Assembly (NCBI GenBank): GCA_951406725.2 | Contig: OX597817.1 | Location: 170,686,001 to 170,750,000, forward strand | Length of the DNA: 64,000 nt | Reading direction: 5' to 3' | DNA from: Octopus vulgaris | Taxonomy: Eukaryota | Shown: one piece after another, positions 14,230-26,254 of the stretch | Layout: each line of letters begins with the position of its first letter | Position numbering within the stretch: the first letter of the stretch is position 1 | Notes under the pieces: generated by a model | Told to the model about the DNA's origin: nothing | What the model saw: only the letters and a program-made list of their open reading frames with translations | Databases searched by the model: none | Position numbers and translations under genes: made by a program

Positions 14230-14435
14230 GTATAGAGGAAAGTGTCTTCAGTGAGCCATCTAAAACCATGAAGATCCATGACCCAGGAAAATTCTTCAAG
14301 GATATCGACCATACTAAACCTACCCTATCCGACATTGATTTCAACCCAGAAGACATAGAAAGAGCCATAGACAAGCTCTCCATGCACTCGGCTGCGGGGC
14401 CTGACGGTTTCAATGCCATGATACTTAAAAACTAG
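14230..14435 (+). mobile_element. LINE ORF2 fragment (region just upstream of the RT domain)
   Basis: LSDIDFNPEDIERAIDKLSMHSAAGPDGFNAMILK carries the GPDG motif typical of CR1/Jockey-group ORF2. Confidence 0.8.
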
Positions 14436-14445
14436 AGCCAAGTTA

Positions 14446-14820
14446 TCATCGTCATCATCGTTTAACATCCGTATTCCATGCTAGCATGGGTTGGATGGTT
14501 CGACCGGGGTCTAGGAAGCCAGAAGGCTGCATCAGGCCCAGTCTGATATGGCAGTGTTTCTACAGCTGGATGCCCTTCCTAACGCCAACCACTCCATGAG
14601 TGTAGTGGGTGCTTTTTACGTGCCACTGGCACAAGTGCCAGGGGAGGCTGGCAGCAGCCATAATCAGTTGGTGCTTTATACGTGCCACCGGCACATAAGC
14701 CAGTCAAGGCAGAGCTGGCATCAGCCATGTTCGGATGGTGCTTTTTACATGTCACCGGCACAGGTATCACAACTACAATTTCCATTTGATATTTATTTTG
14801 ATGTTGATGTACTTGACTCA
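14446..14820 (-). mobile_element. SINE-like family C ((GAT)n tail, internal ~62-bp tandem units)
   Basis: Carries ggttggcgttaggaagggcatccagctgtagaaac and ends gacgttaaacgatgatg. More than 15 full or partial copies in the window. Confidence 0.85.
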
Positions 14821-15058
14821 TTGTTTCTCTAGTTATTCATTCACTTCTCTCTATGTAATATCTGCAAGGTTACAAAACTCAGGAGAATAAGAGACTAACA
14901 GAACAAACTGTAAATAAACTATCAGAAAGAAATGGGAAAAATCACTTTTGTGTTTTGTTCAAGGAAATTCATGAATCTTCAGATCCATTATTGTTGATAC
15001 CTGTAAAATAAATATGGTACATAAACGGAAAGAGAATTTTTATTATAGTTATTTTATA

Positions 15059-15360
15059 GGCGCAGGAGTGGCTGTGTGGTACGTTGCTTGCTTACAAACC
15101 ACATGGTTCTGGGTTCATTCCCACCGCATGGCATCTTGGGCAAGTGTCTTCTACTATAGCCTCGGGTTCAACCAAAGCCTTGTGAGTGGATTTGGTGGAT
15201 GGAAGCTGAAAGAGGTCTATCGTATATATGCATGTGTGTAAAAGAGGCCGATAGAATAAGTACTGGGCTTACAAAGAATAAATCCTGGGGTAGATTTGCT
15301 TGACGAAAGGCAGTGCTCCAGCATGGCCATGGTCAAATGACTGAAACAAGTAAACGAGTA
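15059..15360 (+). mobile_element. SINE family A (internally deleted)
   Basis: Head and tail match family A. Confidence 0.85.
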
Positions 15361-16013
15361 ATAGTTATTGAAAACGTTGCAAATAGCAACAAAGGGGCTT
15401 TGAGACTAACAAAGGACCAATTGATTGTTTAACAGCTCATTAAACAAATGATTGATTGGTCAGTTGGTTAGATATTTAATTAACTGACAAACAATAACGA
15501 AGTGATGTTGAACCAGTGTGTGTGTGTTATTATTATTGGCGTAATGACCCTTCCAAGACAGAACAGAATTTTTATAATTGTTATTGTAATGTTTATAATA
15601 GTAAATTGGCTGAATCTTTAGAGATCATTGGAACAAATTGCCTTGCAGTATTTGATCAGGATCTTCATGTTTTGAATTAAAATTCTACCATGATCTACTT
15701 TGTTTTTCAGCCTTCCAGGCCCGATAAAGTGACAATCATGTACTTGCGTTGATATAATAGACTATTTTCCTCCTCATCTGAATTTCTGGTTTTGCGATTA
15801 AATTAGGTGTAGTCGTCATCGTCGTCGTCGTCATCATCATCATCATCTTCATCGTCGTCATCATCATCATCATCATCACTGCTGCCACTACTGAAGCCAC
15901 CATATCACCATTGTTGTCATCATCTTTGTCATCAATATCCTCATCCTTATCCCTGTTGCCGCTACCAAAATCAGAAAAAAACCACCACCACCACCAGCCA
16001 CCGCAGCATAGTT

Positions 16014-16684
16014 GCAACAGCAGCAGCAGTGGCAGCAGCAGCAGCAATGGCAGCAGCAGCAGCAGTGGCAGCAGCAGCAGTGGCAGCAGCAGCAGTGGCA
16101 GCAGCAGCAGTGGCAGCAGCAGCAGTGGCAGCAGCAGCAGTGGCAGCAGCAGCAGTGGCAGCAGCAGCAGTGGCAGCAGCAGCAGCAGTGGCAGCAGCAG
16201 CAGCAGTGGCAGCAGCAGCAGCAGTGGCAGCAGCAGCAGTGGCAGCAGCAGCAGCAGTGGCAGCAGCAGCAGCAGTGGCAGCAGCAGCAGTGGCAGCAGC
16301 AGCAGTGGCAGCAGCAGCAGCAGATGTAGCAGCAGCAGTGGCAGCAGCAGCAGCAGCAGTGGCAGCAGCAGCAGTGGAAGCAGCAGCAGCAGTGGCAGCA
16401 GCAGCAGTGGAAGCAGCAGCAGCAGTGGCAGCAGCAGCAGCAGTGGCAGCAGCTGTAGTGGAAGTAGCAGCAGCAGTGGCAGCAGCAGCAGCAGTGGAAG
16501 CAGCAGCAGCAGTGGAAGCAGCAGCAGTCGCAGCAGCAGCAGTGGCAGCAGCAGCAGCAGTGGCAGCAGCAGCAGTGGCAGTGGCAGCAGCAGCAGTGGC
16601 AGCAGCAGCAGCAGTGGCAGCAGCTGTAGTGGAAGTAGCAGCAGCAGTGGCAGCAGCAGCAGTGGCAGTGGCAGCAGCAGTAGC
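16014..16684. repeat. (CAG)4-5-TGG compound trinucleotide array, ~670 bp
   Basis: Direct reading; yields poly-Q/W, S/G and A/V frames. Confidence 0.97.
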
Positions 16685-16740
16685 TGCACAGTCAATTGGC
16701 TGAATAATTATATGTGTGTGTGTGTGTGTGTGTGTGTGAA

Positions 16741-17040
16741 GGGGCATGGCTCAATGGTTAGGGTGTTGCACTTACGATTGCGAGATCGTAGGTTCAATTC
16801 CCAGACCACGCGTTGCATTGTGTTCTTGAGCAAAGCACTTCATTTCACATTGCTCTGCGATCATTTCGTCATCTGACATGTGGCACCCACTTACACCTGT
16901 ACAGGTAATGTCAATTTGATGGAGGGAGTGAGCTTATGTCTACTCAAACATTTAATTCACTATAAACAAATCATCTGTGTGGTTATTCGGTAAGAAATCG
17001 TCGAACCCTCATACATCATCTACATCGTCTAATGGCGAGA
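16741..17040 (+). mobile_element. tRNA-derived SINE (family F)
   Basis: A-box tggctcaatgg, B-box ggttcaattccc, then tgtgttcttgagcaaagcactt. Confidence 0.7.
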
Positions 17041-17093
17041 GAGTCCTTAGCCACTACACACATTTTTTTCTCTCCTTGTTTTTTCTGTGTCCC

Positions 17094-17128
17094 TTTCTGT
17101 AGAAGAGCATAGGCTCGAAACGTAAAAG
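17094..17128 (+). ncRNA. Variant minimal hammerhead-like motif in a PLE 3'-end fragment (17045-17219)
   Basis: cttt-CTGTAGA-A-GAGC atag GCTC-GAAAC-GTA-aaag; the core deviates from CUGANGA. The same family tail occurs at 50416-50483 (reverse). Confidence 0.45.
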
Positions 17129-17415
17129 ACTTTTTCTATTCCTGAGCATTATACTAATACATCTGTTTGTTTTCTACACCACCTGTCTTCATCTTTTGTT
17201 TTTTTCATAAACTCTCCCTATATATATACATATATAATTTTATAATTTTTATAAGTTTTTATATATATATACATATATTTTTGACCTTTTTGTTTATCGC
17301 TCGAAGATTGACCGTTTTTTCTAAAGGGCCAATCAAACAAGTCCATTTTTTTTAAAGGTGTAGCGTTTGTAAGAGTCTAGATTGAATTGATATATCGGTT
17401 CCATTCTAGCAAAAA

Positions 17416-17453
17416 CTGTCTGATGAACGGCAACGAGAAACTCAGAGTAAGAG
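17416..17453 (+). ncRNA. Type-I hammerhead ribozyme motif in a PLE-like element (17280-17488)
   Basis: ctgt-CTGATGA-ACG GCAA CGA-GAAAC-TCAGA-GTA-agag. The second copy at 52605-52800 (minus) has acag, which completes stem I. Confidence 0.7.
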
Positions 17454-17518
17454 ATTTTGTTGAATTTTCTGCTGCTTAAAATAAAGTATATATATATGTA
17501 TATATATATGTATATATA

Positions 17519-17557
<39 letters not shown>

Positions 17558-17643
17558 TTCTTCCATTTTCCTGAGCGCCTATTAATAATAATACTGTAAT
17601 TGTTCCACGTGTTGTTGTTTTTTCTGTTTCCCCGTTTGGATTA

Positions 17644-17731
<88 letters not shown>

Positions 17732-17734
<3 letters not shown>

Positions 17735-18578
17735 GGTGCAGTGAATAAACTGTTGACTAAATTATGCAAAAATGAAAGTAACACTGACATCTCATTTTAA
17801 CAGATATATTTGCCAAAATTACATAAAAATTCCTTGAAATACTAAAGAGTAAATTTATTCAATAAAATGGCTATTGTCTTCAACCACAGCCTCCAGATGA
17901 CTTCCGAATCTCGTGCAAATCTTCTGGACAGTCCCCTTGTTTAAGTTGGTGAATACTGCCATAATCCTTGTCTTCAGTTCATCTTTGGTGTGACAAGAAG
18001 TGTTGTTGGTACTTGCTCAACTGCACCCCACACATAATAATCAAGGGGATTGCAGTCTGGGGAGTTAGGTGGCCAGATGTTAGAGATGATGTGGTCAAAG
18101 AGATTGTCTGACAGCCATGACTGGGTTCTCCTGCTTGTGTGGCATGGTGCAGAGTCTTGTTGCCAAACGTAGGATCTTCCAGCAGCCACTCTCTTAACTC
18201 AGGGTAGCACTATCTCCTCCAGGCACTTGATGCAGACCTCCATGTTGAGTCTGAGGTTGATTGGGGAGATGAATAGAGGTATAACGTCGCCATCACTAGT
18301 GATCACTCCAGACACAATGATGTTGACTGGCTGTTTTATTTTTATCACTCTCGGTACATGTCCTCAGATTGCACTGACCTCAGATTGACACCCAAACACT
18401 CTGAAATTTTCGTAAGGTCAAGCAGTACAGGATATTGTTTCCAAATTTCTGGCAGAGTGAATTGTGTCATGGTGCCCAACTGACCCTACTATACTGTGTA
18501 GTTGACAAGAAAAAAAACAAACAATGTGTATGCATGAAATTAAAAATATAAAATGGCAACAATTTACCCATTGCACCC

Positions 18579-18580
<2 letters not shown>
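17732..18580 (-). mobile_element. Tc1/mariner DD37D (maT-type) internally deleted element
   Basis: TIRs cagggtgcagtg / cattgcacccta within (TA)n. QQDSAPCH...WPPNSPDCNPLDY has exactly 37 residues between the second and third catalytic Asp. Confidence 0.9.
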
Positions 18581-18612
<32 letters not shown>

Positions 18613-18614
<2 letters not shown>

Positions 18615-18990
18615 AGGAAACATTCTTCATTGAAAAGTACAAGCCCAGACTTAACCATTCCAACATACTGATACAGAGAGATTCACACCAAGAGAAAGGC
18701 AAAAAATTTTAAGCGATTATCTCCCTTACACCGGAAGAAATCACTTATTACCTCCCCTTATTTAGAACTCTTTCCAACATAAACATAACGATAACTCATC
18801 TCAACATAAACATAACGACGTAAGAAATTTGAAAAGCTAAACGCGGAACCGGTCTTTCTTCTAAACTATGTCATTGTAAGAAAAAAATTTATAATATTCT
18901 TCAGACATATTGACTCAAAAATATATATTTTTTAACCTTTTAAAACAAGCCTTCTGTAGTTTTTTCACTTTTTACTATTTTCTATATATT
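18613..18990 (+). mobile_element. Penelope-like fragment (GIY-YIG endonuclease C-terminus plus 3' region)
   Basis: KETFFIEKYKPRLN matches the E-x-x-F-I-x-x-x-x-P-x-L-N end of GIY-YIG domains. It starts inside (TA)n. Confidence 0.6.
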
Positions 18991-19022
18991 CAAGCACGTG
19001 CTTTCACAAACCAACTATCTTA

Positions 19023-19062
<40 letters not shown>

Positions 19063-19066
<4 letters not shown>

Positions 19067-19256
19067 TAATCCAAATGAGAAAGCACAAAAAAACACAACA
19101 ATGAGAGGACGTGGAACAAATATAGTATTATTGGATGCTCAGGAAAGAAGGAAAGAAGGAGGGTTTAACATTTCGAGCGGAGCTCTTCATCGAAAACATA
19201 GAAGAAAAGATCCAGAGAAGGGATGACAGAGGAAAAAAATCGCCAACGGTACGCAG
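19063..19256 (-). mobile_element. PLE 3'-end family with hammerhead (19163-19197)
   Basis: Minus strand gttt-TCGATGA-A-GAGC tcc GCTC-GAAAT-GTT-aaac. Second copy at 43271-43470 and a partial copy at 17565-17648. Confidence 0.65.
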
Positions 19257-19789
19257 CCATGTATGTGTGTTTATGAACGATGGACTTCCACACAATTTCA
19301 GTCTACAAAATTCTCTTGCAAGGTATTTGTCAGCCAAGGGCTATAGGAGAAAAAATTTTGCCCAAAATGCTGTGCACTGGAACTGAACCCAAAGCAACAT
19401 GGTTGCAAAGCAAGCTTCTTAACCACACAGCCATGCCTGCACCTATACACAACCATACATGATTGAAGTAGTTTGTTTGTTTTTCTTTATATCAAATATT
19501 ATTTGTGTTTTTATTCATGCCAATAACCACTGATATGTATTCTAAATTCCAAATCTTATATTTCTGATTTTTATCATAACTGTTAGTGTTTCCATTGACC
19601 GTTTTGATTGATTATTTTCAATAGGTATATATTTTTTATAGATTTTTTTAAAAGATATGTTCTTTGTTTACTTCTTTGAATATTCTGTATAAGAAAGATG
19701 GCAACATGGTTACTACTTGGAGCATTCCTGGAAAAAAAATTGCTTAGTGTCAAATGGGGATATCAGTTGTCAAATAAATATTCATGTGC

Positions 19790-20171
19790 ATTTGTGTATG
19801 TATGCATGTATGCATGCAGTTATGTAGGTATGTATATATGTATGTATGTATGTATGGAAGGATAGATGTATGTATGTATGTATGTATGTATGTATGTATG
19901 GAAGGATAGATGTATGTATGGATGGATGTATGTATGGATGTATGTATGCATGTGTGTATGTATGTGTGTGTATGTATGGATGTATGGATGTATGTATGGA
20001 TGTGTGTATGTATGTATGTATGTATGTATGGATGTATGTATGTATGGATGTATGTATGTATGCATGCATGTATGTATGTATGTATGTGTGTTTATATGTA
20101 TGTATATATGTATATGTGTATGTATGTATGTTTGTATGTATGTTTGTATGTATGTATGTATGTATGTATAC

Positions 20172-20204
<33 letters not shown>

Positions 20205-20255
20205 TGTATGTATGTATGTATGTATGTATGTGTGTATGTATGTGTGTATGTATGT
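19790..20255. repeat. (TATG)n microsatellite
   Basis: Direct reading; a second array lies at 20576-20896. Confidence 0.95.
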
Positions 20256-20735
20256 TCTCTTCTGTTTTAAATTATTTAAATTCTTTCTCTGAGGAAGAAA
20301 TTGGCTTTTAATGAAGATACAAAGCTCAATCATTGGAATGCAGATAACAAAAATGTCACAGTTTAAACTTGAGAAAAGCCTTTCTGTCTCTCCGTCTGCC
20401 TGTCCATCTGTTCATCCGTCCACCAATCTGTCTGTCTATCTGTCTATCTGCCTGTATGTATGTATGTAAATTCTTCTCTTTCTGTTTTTAATTTAGAGTA
20501 AATTTTGACCAGTCACCTACTTGTTAGCAAGTTTTTGAAGGAAAGCATCTTGGTTTAACCATCATCCTTTAAATCTATGTATGTGTGTGTGTATGTATGT
20601 ATGTATGTATGTATGTATGTATGTATGTATGTATGTATGTATGTATGTATGCATGCATGTATGTATGTATGTATGTGTGTGTGTGTATGTATGTATGTAT
20701 GTATGTATGTATGTATGTATGCATGGATGTATGTA

Positions 20736-20768
<33 letters not shown>

Positions 20769-20897
20769 ATGTATGTATGTATGTATGTGTGTGTGTATGT
20801 ATGTATGTATGTATGTATGTATGTATGTATGTATGCATGCATGTATGTATGTATGTATGTGTGCATGCATGTATGTAAGTATGTAAGTATGTATGTG

Positions 20898-21220
20898 AGA
20901 CCGTGTGGCTTAGTGGTTAGGGGCATTCGGCTCATGATTGTAAGGTTGTGAGTTCGATTCCTGGCGATGTGTTGTGTCCTTGAGCAAGATACTTTACTTC
21001 ATGTTGCTCCAGTCCACTCAGCTGGCAAAAATGAGTGCTACCTGTATTTCAAAAGCGCCAGCCTTGTCACACTCTGTCATGCTGAATCTCCTTGAGAACT
21101 ACATTAAGGGTACATGTGTCTGTGGAGTGCTCAGCCACTTGCACGTTAGTTTCACAAGCAAGCTGTTCCATTGATCGTATCAGCTGGGACCCCTGTGGTC
21201 ACAACCGATGGAGTGCTCCT
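20898..21220 (+). mobile_element. tRNA-derived SINE, family D variant
   Basis: Head tggcttagtgg...gttcgattcc; 3' half shared with 9391-9760. Confidence 0.8.
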
Positions 21221-21404
21221 TTAATGTAAGTAATTTCCGAGCAATTTGCTTAAAATTCTGCATAAGAAAATGCATGTTTTTTTTGGAAAACACTCACTCC
21301 TTCCTTTATTTGTTTCCTCCTTTGGTGGTGATGACAAGCATTTCTTTCCCAACTGACCACCTATACTTCAAATGTTTTCAACGAGGACTTTACACAATTC
21401 TTAA

Positions 21405-21510
21405 ATCACTGGGAGTGATTTCCACAAATAAGTCCAGCATATAGCATACCTTTAAGGACCCTCTGATCATTCATCTGATCAAGGTGTTCTGTCCAGGGAG
21501 AAGGTTGGTC
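21405..21510 (-). mobile_element. Degraded RTE LINE C-terminal fragment
   Basis: WTEHLDQMNDQRVLKGMLYAGL resembles the RTE motif W-GH--RM-D-R-PK--LYG-L. Confidence 0.55.
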
Positions 21511-21742
21511 TGCAATATCTGCAGATTCTTTTATTCTTTTATTTGTTCCAGTCATTTTATGCAGGTGATTTTCAGGATAAAAATTGTTAAAAAAGCTTCT
21601 ACTCGTGTAAAATTTGCACCCAAAAGTTTTCAGAATTGCTGATATGGCCAGGAGGAAAGGTTTTCAATTTAGCTGCATTTAGCATATTTTCATGAAATAA
21701 AAATAATTTCTGTTTAACAAGTATCATATTGAAAGCTATTAA

Positions 21743-21963
21743 CCCTTTAGTGTTCGCATTATTCTGCCAAAATTAATGCTTTTTCATCCAGATTGTTTTG
21801 AACTAATCATGCATTATCTTGTAGCTATGAGATTTTGATGAGGTCGCTGTTAATTTTTAAAACGATATTGTAGGGTTGGTGCGAGAGACCAGATCTGCCC
21901 AGTTTGAACATAAAACAGGCAGAATACTTTTGGCCGGATATGGCCGGTTTAGATGCTAAAGGA
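21743..21963. mobile_element. piggyBac-type MITE
   Basis: TTAA|CCCTTTAG ... CTAAAGGA|TTAA. Confidence 0.8.
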
Positions 21964-22989
21964 TTAAATTACGAAGTGTTTGTCTTGTTTACAATAAACT
22001 TTATTTTACATTTTTTGCCCACAAGAGATTATGTCCAATCTTTAGCATTCTGCTGTATCTCTTCTCAAATCAAGATCACAGGAAAAGTTGTTGATAAGTC
22101 TTATCAACAAAACCAAAGCTGATAAATATGCACAGGTGTTGCAAAATAAGTTTAATTACCAATAAACATCAGCTTGGATGACACTTTACTCAACTGATCA
22201 AACTGATTATGTAAACAGAATTCTGATTGGTCAAAAGTGTCTTCTTGTCTCAAGCTCTGATTTTCTGTCTATTCTTGTCGGAACCTTTGATATGGAGTAT
22301 CAAAATTTTGATCCCTTTCACACTTATAAAATATCAAGCAAACTTTAAAATTTGTCATTACTGTTTTAGCTGGGAGACCAAACTGATAGTTTGATAACCT
22401 GCTAAAATAAACATTAAAAATCAAAAGGAGAAAATAAACAGCTTTGCAAGTTTAACTCAGTGTTTATTGAACAAGAGAGGTGTGAAATTTAAGAAGCGAC
22501 TTGTTAGAATATCCACATCTGTAAGGTGACATAAACAAGATTAGCAAAAATCTACTACACCACAAGAACTGGTAATACATACATTACAAGTTGTTATGTC
22601 ACACATTTGGATGCCTTCTACTCGACTCACTATTCAACTGTTCTAGTCAACCCTGACGTCTAGACTTCTCCCTCTATATCTACATATTGGGCTAGTCTAC
22701 TTCATCATCAGGGGGTGTCAACACAACACAAGTGTTCTATGAAGAGAACATAATGTTGCTGCATAATTCAACATGAATGTGAAACGACATTAAACATCGT
22801 ATGAGTTAAATGAAAGTTTCTGTAGGAATGCTAAGTCATATTCACTTAGTGAGTTTACATGCACAAGGATGAATTATGATGTTGTCATCAGCGATGTTGG
22901 GAGTGATGAATTTTATTGCCCTAACATGGAGAAAGTGAGCAATAGCTTCCTGGAAGCAAACGCAAGCTAGACTTCTTAAGCGGAGAAAA

Positions 22990-23922
22990 ACTAAATGAAA
23001 AATGCAGTCACAGAATCATAGAATTATCGTTAGTATTGAACCAGAAAAAGCACAGAAGTAGTAATTAAGTGTGGAAAAGTACAGGACAAGAAGGAAAAAC
23101 ATAAAATATTGCTGCTGAAGATAGAATTTAAAAACTAAAATAGTAATAAATGCCCTTCTGTGTATTTCTTTTAGTTTTAATTAAAAAAATTTAAATTAAA
23201 ATACTCAAGAAGCTATTTATTTTCAATTTTAGTGAAAAATTTAATTGCCTGCAAGTTTACACATTAAAAATTTGATATTACCAATTTCTATATCTAAAAA
23301 ATTACTTCATAGTAATTTAAGCAAAATTGGCAATTAGAACCCCTATGTTTTAAAAAAACTGCTACAATCATTTTTATATTTTGCTCTCAATTTGTTCATT
23401 AGCTTTCATTTTTTAAATGTTTTTCTAACTGTAAATCGAAATTACTTTGCTATCTGATAATATAAACTTTATGGAAATTAATTTTTTTTTAACAATATTT
23501 TACTGTTTTGAATTACATATGTTCTACATGAGCTTAATTTTATAATACAATATCTGTGAATTGAAATTTTGGGATAATGAGTTTTGTTAAGAAAGTAAAA
23601 TTCAAAAAATAATATAATACTAAAAATAAAACAGAAATGTTTTAGCTTAATACAAGGAAATTTTTAAATAAAAAATATTAACTTAAATTTTAAAATGTTG
23701 CAATAAAAAGCAATATATATATATAAATCAGAACAGAGTGCGCACAGTTTGATGAACAATTTCAGAAATTTATTTAGAAAATTCTAACTTCAGCAGCAAT
23801 ATTAATTTTTATTTATTCTTGTCCTCTAGTTTTCCAAGCTTAATTACTACTTGCTCTGTACTTTTCCAAGTTCAATACTTATGAATATTCTAGGATTCTG
23901 TGACGGCATTGTTCATTCTAGT
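22990..23922. mobile_element. Old non-autonomous DNA element with ~140-bp imperfect TIRs
   Basis: 22990-23131 is the diverged reverse complement of 23779-23922 (gtcacagaatc..gtattgaac..agtagtaattaag..aggacaagaa..aatattgctgctgaag). The interior is AT-rich. Confidence 0.7.
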
Positions 23923-24849
23923 CGACATTTGTTTCGGGCAATACTTCTGTTATTATAATTAATTATATTTACCTTTATAATTGAAAAAAAAAATGATATT
24001 ATTGTAAGTATTTTTCAAATACAGATTTTACTCAAACTTAGAAATTTTGTTTGCATCTAAAAATAACAAATTTTTTACAAATAAATATACTTTTAAATAA
24101 TTTTCATTGTGAAATAATGTTATATTCTAATTAAATAATTAATAATTAGTTGTTTTAATGAGTGGAATTTTTTATTTCAATATGTTTTTAAATGTACATA
24201 TTTTAACACATAAACAGAATAATAAAAATTTATATGAAATCACAAAAAATTACAAGTTTTTATGCTTAATATTTTTAGACAGGTTTTTTTACAGAATATT
24301 TGTATCAATGAACTCTTTCATTTAAGTTCAAATAATATTATTTTTCTCTTAAAAAGACAAAAATATTTTGATTTCTTAAATTTACTGCCATTTTTTCTTC
24401 ACTTAAAGCCACACAACTTTCTTTTGGAGATTATATTTTTTGACATGATTCCACCATACAATTCTTCTCATAGAGCTCTTTCGTCTGAAGTAAATCTCAA
24501 ACACAGAATAACTGTGAAAACAGCTTAGAAGATTGACTAAATATCCTTAGAAAATGGAAAAATGGCCAGGAAGCCACTATGAAATATCAAACCTCGTACC
24601 TCTCAGGTTCTGGTTAAGTGCTCTGTATTGTTAAGCTAAGTGATCCACAACATCAGATAACATCTTTTATAATGCTAAATATCTTAAAATGACAAAAATA
24701 TTTTGGTTTGTCAAAATAATCACCATTATTCTTTGGTCACTTAAAGCCACAAAGCTTTCTTTGTAGCTAATATTTTTTGACTAGGTTTTCACCATAAGAT
24801 TCACTTCATAGTGAACACAACTATTGTATAGCTTTGTTTTACAATCATC

Positions 24850-25260
24850 ATTCATCATCATCATCGTTTAACGTCCACTTTCCATGCTAGCATGGGTTGG
24901 ACGATTTTGACTGAGGGCTGGCGAATCAGATGGCTGCACCAGGCTCCAATCTTGATCTGGCAGAGTTTCTGCAGCTGGATGCCCTTCCTAATGCCAACCA
25001 CTCCGAGAATGTAGTGGGTGCTTTTTATGTACCACCAGCATGGGGGCCAGTCAGGCGGTACTAGCAATGACCTCGCTTGAATCTTTTTACACATGCCACT
25101 GGCACAGGTGCCAGTAAGGCACCGCTGGTAACGATCATGCTCGAATAGTGTCCTTTTACGTGCCACCAGCACGGAAGCCAGTTAGCCACTCTGGCAATGA
25201 TCACACTCGGATGGTGCTCTTGGCACCCTACTAGCACGGGCACAAGTGCCAGTAAGGCGC
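24850..25260 (-). mobile_element. SINE-like family C
   Basis: Same tail and internal repeat units as 14446-14820. Confidence 0.85.
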
Positions 25261-25697
25261 AATAGCTGAGCTATTTTGATTCAAAGTCAATATTGGGGGT
25301 TACTTACCATTCTTTCATCATTCAAAGCCACTCTACTTTGTAGCTACTTCATAGCTAATACGTTTTATTGAGGTTTTTACCAAAAGATTCTTCTCGGTGA
25401 GCACATTGTTTTAAAACCCAATTAATCTATTCTTTCCTTTTTAAAATAACTGAGATATTATGGTTGAAAATCAGTTTTCCACCTTACTCTTCCATTTTTG
25501 ACCTCACATATCTTAATCTAACTTTTTTTTAATGAACTAAATTCCAATTATTTGACCTCAAAATTCATCCAAAGACTGGAGTATCATTGCTAAAAACTGC
25601 ATTCATTTTAGTTGAGAACTGAAATAGTGAAGTACTAAAGAGTAACTAAAAGTTAGCCTCAAGAATATACTCACACACTGCCATGAGTGAATGATAT

Positions 25698-25924
25698 ACT
25701 CTTTACTCTTTTACTCTTTTACATGTTTCAGGCATTTGATTGCAGCCATGCTGGAGCACCGCCTTTAGTCGAGCAAATCGACCCCGGGACTTATTCTTTG
25801 TAAGCCCAGTACTTATTCTATCGGTCTCTTTTGCCGAACCGCTAAGTGACGGGGACGTAAACACACCAGCATCGGTTGTCAAACAATGCTAGGAGGACAA
25901 ACACAGACACACAAACATATACAC

Positions 25925-25978
<54 letters not shown>

Positions 25979-26141
25979 GACAGGCTTCTTTCAGTGTCCG
26001 TCTACCAAATCCACTCACAAGGCATTGGTCGGCCCGGGGCTATAGCAGAAGACACTTGCCCAAGATGCCCTGCAGTGGGACTGAACCCAGAACCATATGG
26101 TTGGTAAGCAAGCTACTTATCACACAGCCACTCCTGCGCCT
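25698..26141 (-). mobile_element. SINE family A
   Basis: Full-length match. Confidence 0.9.
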
Positions 26142-26254
26142 ATATATATATATATATATACTTAAAAATATGTTTTGAAGAAACCAAAGTTGGTGGAAAT
26201 CTGAAGGTGGAAGGTCGGGGAATATAGAAGCTGCAGCTAAGTTTCCCAGCTGTA

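Noticed and set aside
15736-16876. Long poly-Q/W, poly-S/G, poly-A and poly-L ORFs
   Set aside because: The CAG/TGG repeat is open in most frames by composition, with no unique coding flanks.
21405-21520. Minus-strand host exon with AG and GT boundaries
   Set aside because: The translation matches a decayed RTE LINE C-terminal motif.
22270-22400. Strong minus-strand acceptor (tttattttagcag) as an upstream exon
   Set aside because: All frames hit stops before a convincing donor, and no recognisable peptide results.
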